From: Azolla caroliniana
Lineage: Eukaryota > Plantae > Polypodiophyta
Direction: 5' to 3'
DNA: 64,000 bases
Assembly (NCBI GenBank): GCA_043228905.1
Contig: JBHGNT010000011.1
Location: 13,702,001-13,766,000 of the forward strand
The notes beneath the pieces are model-generated. The model ran no database searches. It was not told the origin of the DNA and saw only the letters and a list, made by a program, of their open reading frames with translations. Positions 53,501 through 64,000 of this stretch are shown here, in pieces; position 1 is the first letter of the stretch, and each line of letters starts with the position of its first letter. A program made the translations under genes and the position numbers.

Positions 53501-55543
53501 AAGGGCAGTGATGATGTAACAGCTGACTTGCTGGAATCTGTTGTCCATCCAGAGGAGGTGACATCATTGTGCAGCTGGCTTAACATGGCTCACCTATCAT
53601 CGCCTGTAATCATGCTTCTATGGGCATGGGGCATTCTGTGAAGAAGCCAAAACTACAGATGTTGTACAGATCTTTCATCATATTGTATTTTTTTCTTGAC
53701 TTTTCGGTATAGAACAGAGTGGATAAAGGATACAGTCAGCCGATTATTCTTATATGTATGAGCTAGCAATTATATGTGTGATCCAGTTGATGCCCAAGAA
53801 TAAGTTTTTATAACATTCTTAAGCTAAGTCAAGGAGCTTCTAACCATGGTCTGGAGGTGGATGTCATTTGATTTAGATAGTGCACCTGAAATCGATCTGA
53901 TGGTTAAAAGAACCATCTTATTTAAATAGACAACTCAATCTTCTTGAATTTCTTCATGAGTGCTTAAATACTTATCGAAGACCTAATGTGTACATCCATT
54001 ACCACATTTTATTAGAGACAGACACATAAGGGAGCCATAATGGCAGGTGATAAACACCAATTGCTTCTCCCTTTCTTGCTAACTGTGCATAGATTTGATT
54101 CTGATTCCTCAAAAGGGGATTTAATGAGAGTAAGCCCATATGGTTGTAATTTAGTCAGTATGGTTGTCTTAATACTAGGGTGTAACCTTAGAGAGGCGGC
54201 CTTCAAATTGGTTAGATTTCCTAAACATCCATGATCTTAATGCTTGATGTGTCTGCATAATTCATGATGATTCTTTGGTTTTACAAGCATGAAATGTATA
54301 ATTACTATGCATGAATGAGTGGTAGCGAGGAATCACAACATAGAACCCTTTGCTGTTTATCAATGATTCCCTAATGTGTTTTTCTTTGGAGCTCTTTTGT
54401 AACTTTTGTACAACATAATACTTAATACAATTGTGCATTGTAAAAAGGAAAGAGAGGCAGGTGGTAAATGCCTGAAGATTGGTCCAAACAGATATAAAAT
54501 CTGGAGATCAACGTAAGTTCTATACTAGCCTATATATTGAGATAACACAATTTAGCAACATTGTGCTGGTATATTGATGGCCTCTACGTTGCGATGTATG
54601 TGCATAGAAAGTCTGATAAGGTTTGGAGCGTTCCATTTGCACAGCTGTGCAAAAGTTCGATTTTCACACACTTGTTACTCTTTCCCCTCACAACCGACCT
54701 TAAACATGAGAGAATTCCATTGATACATACCATTCCATTCATTCTGAAGAAAAGACATGCATAGTATATGCCCATAAAGATCTTCTCCCATTCGTTGAAA
54801 TCTTAAGGCTAAAGCTTGCCAATATATGGAGATTAAAGAGCTTAGAAGTCCACAAGTCATGTGCATTGTCGATTCGTATTGAGGTTTTCAGATCCAGCCA
54901 GTTAAGTCGTCTTAGGGATATTTCTACAGAGATTTAGATGCCGCAGAATTATTGGATTGGATGAATCAGCTGTAATATGTATAAAACCCAAGTTCATGTA
55001 AAGTTCTGAATTCAAAACAACTTGGGAATCTGAGCCTGAAATATTTGATCTGTGAGTGGGAGAGGTGCAGGAATGAGCATTTACTGCTACTACCTGTTGG
55101 AATCCTTTATTGAAGTCTGAGTTGGATATTAATTTTCCAATGTTAACAAATTGTGATATGCATTTGATTCATGATACCTTGAAATGTTTTGGCATTTATA
55201 TGTGAAAAGGCAATGTACTACTACAAAGCCTCTGATGAGAATTTGGAGGTATCTTTAGAGCTGGGAAGATACTTGTTTTGGAAGCCATGCACTGAATAAA
55301 CAGACAGTCTGCATGAGTTGAACTGTGAACAATATTCATTTATTTATGCTTGTGTATGTATGTATGTATGACATAGTTTAACATTGAGCTGCCGGTATAC
55401 CCAAAAATGAAAGACCTAGGACGAACAGCATGAGAAACTTGGTGTTCAAATTTTTTTGTTTATGATGATGCGTGATGGATCAAACATTTGATCTATGATG
55501 ATGCTTGATGGATTGCAGCCATGTGGGGAGTCGTTACATCTCA

Positions 55544-58500
55544 TCACATGGAAATGAGATCAGGTGTTGGCGAAGCATTAGAAGAGAAAGAATTAGAGGG
55601 ATGGGCTGGAAAGCAACTGGCTAGTAAGGCATCTGTGGATTTGGCAGAATGAATTATGTCAAGATCAGTGCTGCTACTGCTAATTGTGCTGGTGGCTAGG
55701 TGCTGCTGCATTCGTATATCATCTGTGGTGGCCCCAGTACTGGATGGGGAATGGGGATGTTGTTGGCGTTGCTTCTGCAGTTGTGTAGTGGCCATACTAG
55801 TGTTAATGGTGGCACGGCTGGTGCCGATGTTCCTAGTCCTAGTGTAAATATTACAATCGGATGGGGCATGATCCGAAAGAATTTGAACAACCTCGTGCAT
55901 AGAGGGGCGCTGTGCGGGCAGATCGGACACACATTGGAGAGCAACACGCAGAAGCACAATGGCCTGTTGCTGCTGTGCCATGCTGGGTGCCAATCGAGAG
56001 TCTAGAATCTCATCAATTACCTGAAGCATGCCATGATTACCTTGCTTTCCCACATTCTTCACTTTACTCTTTGCCCACTGTGCAATGTTCACACCTTCAC
56101 CAAACTCCGGCTCTAGAGGTCGTTTCCCCGTTAGCAGCTCCAGGAGCACTGTCCCAAAGCTGTAGGTATCGCTCTTCTCGTCCACCGTCAGAGTGTAAAC
56201 ATACTCTGAAATGACACCATCGGGCATGATTAATGTAGTATGCTCACATCACTCAATTTTACTAGATGAAAAGTCAAGAGCGTTTACCTGGTGCTATGTA
56301 TCCATAAGAGCCAGCTACAGAGGTCATGGATTCTGGGTCATTGTTGGGGCCTTTGCAGGTGTTGAGCGCCTTGGCCAGCCCAAAGTCGGCCACATGCGCC
56401 TCAAATTTGGAATCGAGTAGAATGTTGTTGGATTTGACATCCCTGTGGACAATTCGTGGCGAACAATCATGGTGGAGGTATCTCAGCCCATTCGCAGCTT
56501 CCAATGCAATTTTGTACCTCAGTGACCAATCCAAGGCAGAGCCACCCTTGGGCCCATGCAGAAGCTCACCCAAGCTACCATTGGGCATGTACTCATAAAC
56601 CAGAAAGTTGGTCTCTCTGCTGGAGCAGCATCCTAGCAGCTTCACTATATTCCTGTGTCTGATCTTGCCCAGAGTCTCTATCTCTGCACTGAATCCATGG
56701 TCTTCCTGAGAAGAACCACAACCCGCCTCTAATTTCACAATACGCCCGCTGCCTCCTCCTTTTCCTCCTGCGGCCGCTGCATTGTGAACTATCTTGCTGG
56801 CAGTAGATGGAAGCCTCTTCACAGCCACATATCCTGAGGGTGTGGCACACTTGTACACTGTTCCTGATGCCCCCTTTCCTATGATATTCTCGTCTGTCAG
56901 GCATGCCAGAACGTGACTCGCCCCGAAGTCTAGTTTCTGAAATGCCGTGAGCTTCCATGATGAGGCCCCAGAATAGCGTATCATCCCTGATGATCCGCGC
57001 CGATTAATGAAATGACATAGCATATGGCGATTGCAGAAGATAGCCGCCACTAGAACCGTCAGCGTAAGCGCTGAAATGATCCCCACTACTAACCAGTAGA
57101 AAATTTCAGGCTCTCTTCTAACTCTGCTCCTAAAAAGCTCTTCTTCGTCTGTATCCCCATTCCCTAAGGAATTATCTCTGCTGCTAGGAGCTGTGGCATT
57201 GGTAGCACATGGGATGAGCAGTTGGGCTCCACACAATCCTATGTTTCCCATGAAAGAGCTGGCATTGAATGCGGAAAATTGTCCCCCTTCTGGAATGACA
57301 CCAGAAAGGTTATTGTAGGAGAAATCGGCGGATGTAAGGGTCTGCATTTCTTGCAGTGACAAAGGGATGGTTCCTGTGAGATAGTTTCTGGAGAGGTTGA
57401 GAAAGTTGAGGACAGTGAGGTTGTGCAGTTGTGGAGGAATAATGCCGTCAAGCCGATTTCTGCTTAGGTCGAGGTAAGTTAAAGAGGAGCACAAACTGAG
57501 TTCTGATGGGATGGGTCCAACAATCCTGTTGTTGCTGCAATCCAGCTTGGAGAGGCGATCGAGATTGCTTATCTCATGAGGAAGGCTGCCAGCCAAACTA
57601 TTGCCACCCAATAAAAGTGATTCCAGGGCAGAAAAATTAGCTATGCTTGGCGGAATGGGTCCGCTAAGATGATTGTTAGATAAATCCAGCCGACCGAGCT
57701 GAGTATTGAATCCACTGATGTCTGGAATGGCACCGGTGAGATTATTTGACTGCATTTCTATCATCTGCAGACCAGGTAGCGCCAGCAAGTCTGCGGGAAT
57801 TGTGCCGGACAATCTGTTGTTGCCTAGCCGGAGCCGTTGTAGCTGCCAGCACTTGGCTGACAAGCTCTCAGGTATGGGTCCACTGAAGAAGTTGTTAAAG
57901 AGGATGAGGACTTGAAGGTTACTGCCAGAGCAGATACCAGGGGGCACCCGCCCCGTGAGAAGGTTAGAGGAGAGATCAACGTAGATTAGGTTTCCGTTCG
58001 ATCCAAGCTGTTGGGGTACGAGGCCCATTATCTGGTTCTGCCACAGAGAGAGAACGTGGAGTGACGGAAGGTCTCCTATGAAGGACGGAATGCTACCGCC
58101 AATCCGGTTGCGGAAGAGATGCAACAATTGGAGGCTGGTCATATTTTGCATCTCAGCGGGAATGGCACCGGACAGCCTGTTGTTAGACAGGTCTAAGAAC
58201 TGCAGGTGAACCAGATGGCCCACTGTATGAGGGATGGGACCAGTGAGGGAGTTGGTGTAGAGAAATAGAGACTGTAGGTTGGTGAGGTTCCGAAACAATT
58301 GCGGTGGAATAGTACCAGTGAGCCCACATTGCGCCATGTCCAGAACCGCCAGTTGTGTCAAAGAGCCGAACGATGGTGGGATGCCTCCGTCGAACTGGTT
58401 GTAATAGCCGAGGTAGAGCTCCTTAAGAAAGGCCAGATTCCCCAGCTCCAAAGGAATTCTGCCCGTCAGCGAGTTCCCGGAGAGGGCCAAGTAGACGAGG

Positions 58501-59333
58501 CTCTGCATTCCACCCAATTGCGGTGGGATGGAGCCATTGAAGTAATTGCCGCCCAAATGGAGGTGGCGCATGCTCCGGCGCAGCTTGCTGATCTCCACGG
58601 GCAAAGGACCTTCGAAGTTGTTGTTGTAGGCATCCAGGACTTCAAGCTGTGCAAGGTTGCTGAGATTGTGGGCCGGGAACTCTCCGGAAAACATGTTGTT
58701 AGAGAGGTTGAGGTACCGGAGGCTGGGGCCAATGCTGCAAACCTCAGCAGGGAGCTCACCTGTCAGGTTGTTTGCCGCCAGCGAGAGGCTCACTAAATTG
58801 TGAAGTTGCCCAATGGCAGGCGAGACGACGCCCGAGAGGTTCATGTAAGAGAGATCAAGGACCACGACGGCCATGTAATTTTCCTTACCACGATTGATAG
58901 TACTATCCCAATTGTCAATGTAATTGCAGGAAACCCCATTCCAAGTGCAAGGACTAGCAGTATAGTTGATCGCCATCGCGGCGGCATCAGTCGTGACATT
59001 ATCCAACTGCTGGGGCAGAAAGTGCACAGTCCAGCTGTTGAGGAAGTCCATGGGATCATCCAAGCTCTGCTTCAACGTCAAGAGGGCTTGCATTTCGTTG
59101 TGGATAGTATTATTACTCGTGGCTGCTGCCGGAGCAGCAAATGCAGTGGGAGGATGGGCAGCAGCTACAAGCAGCACTAGTGGAGATATGAAGACATAAG
59201 ATAGGGAGACAAGAACCATGGTGTAAATAACAGAAGCAGGGGTGGTGCCGTGTGGGCGGCGCGGCTTGAAGGAATCTGGCTTAGGATTGGGAGGCAGAAT
59301 TAGAAGAGGTAGCAGCAGGGGAGCCATGATCAT
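55544..59333 (-). CDS. LRR receptor-like kinase, subfamily XI, BAM/CLV1-like; exons 59333-56288 and 56205-55544
   Basis: Hydrophobic signal region, CTWNGVSC cap, about 21 LRRs with [14 protein letters not shown], a TM helix, [46 protein letters not shown] and DFG. One 82-bp GT-AG intron at YIAP|EY. C-terminal PDLISM resembles BAM tails. The true start may be a downstream Met (e.g. 59220). Confidence 0.95.
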
Positions 59334-59763
59334 GGGAGAAGAGTAAAAGGCTCACATGATTATTAGAGTAGGCATTTCATAATATATATGCAAAGCAGGG
59401 CAGGCTGAGGCATGCGTGTATGTATTTAGTTTTTGGGGGTTTTCTTTTTATGTGGGGGGGGGTAGGGAGAGCAATGAGATGGCTTGATTTCAGCACCTAC
59501 AACAAGCTCTCCTTTCTTTCATCAATGAGAAGAAGTTTATAAATTTGCCAGATTGACCCAAAAAGATAAAAGACAGAGAAAAAGCCCGAGGGGATGGCGA
59601 ACGACGACGACGACGAATTAATGGAAGAAGAAATGAGCTTAAAATTCAGCACCTCATCGACCAGAAAACCGCAACTCATCCTCCGCTCCGCCCCCTCTCT
59701 CTTCCATCTCTTTCCTTATTCCTTGGGTGCAGACAATAAGTACACTGAAAGATTCTGTCCTGG

Positions 59764-59931
59764 TGTGTGTGTGTGTGTGTGTGTGTGTGGATGCTCTCTC
59801 TCTCTCTCACACACACAACACACACACATATTTAGGTGCACCTACAACCAATTCCCAAAAGAATGTTTGAATTTCCAATGGCATGCACACTGCACAAAGC
59901 AGAGCAGTGTGGCCATCCCCGAGAGAAGGTG

Positions 59932-59972
<41 letters not shown>

Positions 59973-60172
59973 CAATGTCATATAGCATCATCATCATCAT
60001 ATTTCAGCATTTGAATTGGTGTGTAGGGTGGGATTGAGTTTGTAGTATTTAGATCCCTAGAAGGGTTCTATACATATACAGTCTTGTGAGTTAGTCATGC
60101 TGGGGTGTGTGTGTGTGTGTTTTTCCCTCTCTTTTTTTCTTTACTCTGCTGCTGCTGCTGCTGCTGCTGCTG
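59764..60172. repeat. Microsatellite cluster (TG)n, (CT)n, (CA)n, (GA)n, (CAT)n, (CTG)n upstream of the kinase
   Basis: Directly visible. Confidence 0.93.
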
Positions 60173-61561
60173 TGGAGTCTGAAGCACATCAATAAGGGCC
60201 CGAGAGTATATAGTTGTGTGTGTGTGAAAAGACAAAAAAGAGTCTAAGATACACAAGTAGGAGTAAAGGGAATAAAGTGTGAGGGATGGATGGAGAAGCC
60301 ATGTACATATGTCTATATATTGATTGTCCTTCTATTAGCTATGTATGTATTTCTACACACACACACTCCCAATTGTGCCCCCCTTGGTGCTTGTCTTAGC
60401 ATGACTACTGTCCTGTCTTTAACATAACACCAAAGGACGGAGATGGGGATGCATATGCTTGCTTGGCTTCATCTCATTGTCTCTTAGGAAGGTATTTGCT
60501 TTTGAGAGGTCCGCTTGTATCTCCATGCCATCTCTCGGCTGGCCTTTTTATTTTCCTTGTTTCCTTTTTGAGTCGACCTTTGAAGCAAGTTGAGCATTGT
60601 AACCAAATCAATGGGATAGACAAATGACACAATTTTATTCCGAGCTCTTCCGTACAAATACAAAATGGATTGTCTTTTGAGGTATTCATAGAAGTCGATG
60701 GAAATGGAATTGTGACATAGGTAGGAATTTAACTATTGAATAGGGATTATATGCTCAAACAAAACAAACCAAATAATGAATTTGCCGACCATGGTTCCGT
60801 CTTTGTTTCTTCAATATCTTGTGTATTGCCATTTACCTTCACTAGGCTTCAAAGGTTACTATATGGAACCTTGACTATTTCTTCCATCCCATAGAAATGA
60901 TTGAATTCTCATAGCTAACTTTAATTACTTTTTTGCACTCATTAACATTGTAACTAAAGTTTCATCCACCTCACATGCATTTTTTGTTGTAGCATATATG
61001 TGTTTTTTTGTGTTTGTTAGAGTATATTTTGACCTTTAAACTACCTACCAATCTCTTATCAAACATAGCGAACTTTCCAAGGTATTTTCCGGTTCTTAAC
61101 GAAAATGAAGATGAAAGTTCTTTTTAAAAGAACTTTCATAGGGCAAAATTTTGTCAAAGTGGACTCTTCTTTAATGCAAATTGCCAAAATGCCATCCATT
61201 TGTTTTATGTCTCCAAAAATGCCGCTCTTGTGAAAGGAATGATTGTCACATCACTCATTTGTTCTATATTTCCAAAATTGTTGCAAGCTCAAATCCGTAC
61301 TTGCACATCTCTTTGTTACACCTTATACCACTTCTCATAGACAATATGCTACATTGAAATGTATGTCGAACTTAGGACTTCCTCATCAACCATCTTAATT
61401 GTGGCCTGATTGGCCATCTCGTGAAGAACATGCAATTAGATAGCATTGATTTCTTGAATCAACAACATACATTGCTCTTTAACTACATTCCACATCCATG
61501 TATCAAACTAGTGAACTCATCCTCTCACCATCTCAACTATTGTTGATTGGCTCGGGCCCCC

Positions 61562-61563
<2 letters not shown>

Positions 61564-61600
<37 letters not shown>
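61564..61600. repeat. (CT)n microsatellite
   Basis: Directly visible. Confidence 0.95.
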
Positions 61601-61601
<1 letters not shown>

Positions 61602-61904
61602 GGTAGCAAGCTCCTTTAAATCAACAATATTCCACTAGTGCCAACTAGCAAGTACACCAGTCAAATATTCTCTAGTGCATGTGCTCTTCTATATTTATCT
61701 TACTCTCTACACACACACAATCATAGTCGCACATTTACCTAGGTCCTCTCCAACAAATCAATCAACATTGCACAAAGTGTGGACCAAGGAATATATTTAA
61801 GGCTTTTGATGATAGGTGTAGCAAAACCTTTTTATAAAAGTGAAAGGCTTGACATTGATACCTAGCTAACTAGCTTTTGTGCATGCTCTTCCACATCAAA
61901 TATG

Positions 61905-61936
<32 letters not shown>

Positions 61937-62029
61937 CATATGGATATGTATATGAATAAAGGGAGTACTTGATTGCTCAAATGAATCCAACCTTTTTCTT
62001 CCCATGCATAAAGTAGAGGATGAATCTAT

Positions 62030-62103
62030 TACTTCGGTAATCCCTCCTAGTGTGAACCACACACACACATATATGATTCACACAAGGAGGGATTACCGAA
62101 GTA
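62030..62103. repeat. 74-nt near-perfect inverted repeat (27-bp stem, 20-nt loop)
   Basis: TACTTCGGTAATCCCTCCTAGTGTGAA pairs with TTCACACAAGGAGGGATTACCGAAGTA at 26/27 positions. Confidence 0.95.
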
Positions 62104-62897
62104 TATATATATATATATATCCATTGTAGCTAACCCCTCTTCTTGTTAGCATGTAACTTTGTTCCTTTAAGCCCGCATCTCGATGGTGCACTTTGTTCTC
62201 TTTAGGGTCTCTCTGTCTCTCTTAGCTTTGTGGAGTTGCACACTTTGTGAGTCGCCTCCAGGTGACCTTATGGATTCAAAACATGGGAGAAAAAATAAAC
62301 ATTGAGGAGATGTTTCAATGTGGAATTGGTTAAGATGTGGCAATTTCTAGAGTCATTGCATGGTCAACTTGCCCATCCTCGTTAACAAACAATGCAACTT
62401 ACAATTGGTTTGCTAATCAATCACATAGAATACATCACAATGCCTCTCAAATGTTAATTATTATTTGACTTTGGAACAATTTATGATTTTAGCAAGTAAA
62501 GATGTAGGGAAACACCCAAAAAGAAGTAGCACATTCATCTCAGCAAGTTATGATATCTAGCTAGGTTGTACTATGTTATGATCTCTCCGAAAGTTTACAT
62601 TTAAATAGCAACCAATCGACTTATTTTACAATGTATTGATATAGTAAATAGCAGGATTCCCATTGAAAGAGCTTCTAAAGTACATTTCGTATATAGCACG
62701 ACCCATGAAGACATTGGCATTGGTAAGAGCAAGTGTAAGACCAAGGGAATGGGTAACACAAAAAAGTAATTATAGAGTTCTAGGCCTAATGCAACCCCAA
62801 TGTGAAAGGGGACTATCTATATATGACAGAGCTCTAAAAGTTACTTTTTTGCCATTTTAACTCTTTTTCTTGAATATTCGGGTTCCTTGCCACTTGA

Positions 62898-63300
62898 CAC
62901 AATGGATTAGTGTTGATTGCCATTTAGCCAAATACTCATCTCTATCTTTTTGTATGTGTTGTGCAAGTGGCACGATGGATTAGTGTTAATTGCCATTTAT
63001 CCAAATACTCATCTCTATCTTTTTGTATGTGTTGTGTTTGAGGGGTACCCTCACTCGATTCACATATAGCGACACATACCACTTGGCAAATGACATTGGC
63101 ATACAAACACAACTGTGATAACATAAATGCACTCAATGGGTACAACCTTAGCTAATACAAAGCCACCTACACCAAAACAAAAATAAAGATAATAAGTCCT
63201 AAACGTATTGTGCAAATATTTCTCTCAATCACATCAACAAAGTAATAACGTGAATGCAAATATTTCTCTCAATCACATCAACAAAGTGATAATGTGAATG
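62898..63300. repeat. Two short tandem duplications (period about 73 bp at 62898-63036; about 44 bp at 63211-63300)
   Basis: ATGGATTAGTGTT..CCAAATACTCATCTCTATCTTTTTGTATGTGTTGTG occurs twice; TGCAAATATTTCTCTCAATCACATCAACAAAGT occurs twice. Confidence 0.92.
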
Positions 63301-64000
63301 TCATCACGATGGCACTCAAGAATCATATTTAGCACATGGTCAAATTTAGCATTTCCGATAGCACAAAATTAGCATTTCCCACTTTACACACATACTCTCC
63401 AAACACAAACTATTTGAGGAAAGAGGTATAGAAACAAACACTTTTGATAAAAAATTGTGAATCCTCCATCAATAGCCAACACCCTAGATAACAGAACTCT
63501 ATTATGAAGGGGCACACTTCTCGAACACATGGTCTGCACAGAGTAAAATTTAGTGATGAAAAAAGAAACAAATAGTCTAGATTATTTCCTAAATCTGAAA
63601 GTCTTAACCATTACCTAAACCCTGAACTCTAACCTAACTTCCATCTGTTGGAAGAAAGATATACATTGTTGATTCCATACCACTAACCTTTGATGTTACA
63701 AACATCCCCACCTACATCAACACAACTTCAACATTCAATAACACCTTCCCTTTCATAGAATCCCCTGCCTACAACAACACGAATGTCAAAGCTGAACAGA
63801 ACCCTACTTAGTGTGTCGTCAGTTTGCATTAAAATGAATAAATAGAACAAGTGAGAAGCACGAATGTCTCAAATACTACAATTGCACAGCCTCCACAAGT
63901 TGGGGAGTGTGCTAGATTGTATTATGCATTTACATTGTAAAATCAAAAAAATACTGTTTCTGAAGGTGCCAGTTTAGAAATGTATATTCAAATCAAACGA

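Noticed and set aside
50851-53700. Possible gene or retroelement relics between S18 and the kinase
   Set aside because: Only faint hints (copia-like VFMYVPNI, LINE ORF1-like composition). There are no continuous motifs I can support.
43294-59199. Plus-strand ORFs overlapping copia pol and the kinase
   Set aside because: These are antisense shadows of real coding sequence with no recognisable motifs.
60474-60689. SWIM-like zinc finger (CICTEELGIKLCH) of a MULE transposase
   Set aside because: The spacing is imperfect and no other transposase motifs were found. A profile search would be needed.

Overview
Eukaryotic nuclear DNA from a land plant, probably a fern (inferred from the KP-type PPR-DYW protein). 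Five protein-coding genes are supported. (1) A 5'-incomplete, intronless PLS-class PPR protein with a DYW:KP-like deaminase domain (1-1971, +), a candidate U-to-C organellar RNA editing factor. (2) A small two-exon gene of unknown function (8600-6668, -). (3) A 21-exon exocyst SEC5 gene (15070-34478, +). (4) A mitochondrial ribosomal protein S18 gene (40655-49559, +). (5) A BAM/CLV1-type LRR receptor kinase (59333-55544, -). Mobile DNA includes a recent Ty1/copia element in an S18 intron, with near-identical 634-bp LTRs, TG...TA ends and two nonsense codons in integrase. There are also two hAT-type MITEs with 8-bp TSDs, a long-TIR element embedded in TATG microsatellite, and many LINE relics. 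Microsatellites, short tandem duplications and a 74-nt hairpin are also present. All calls come from reading the sequence by eye; no searches were run.
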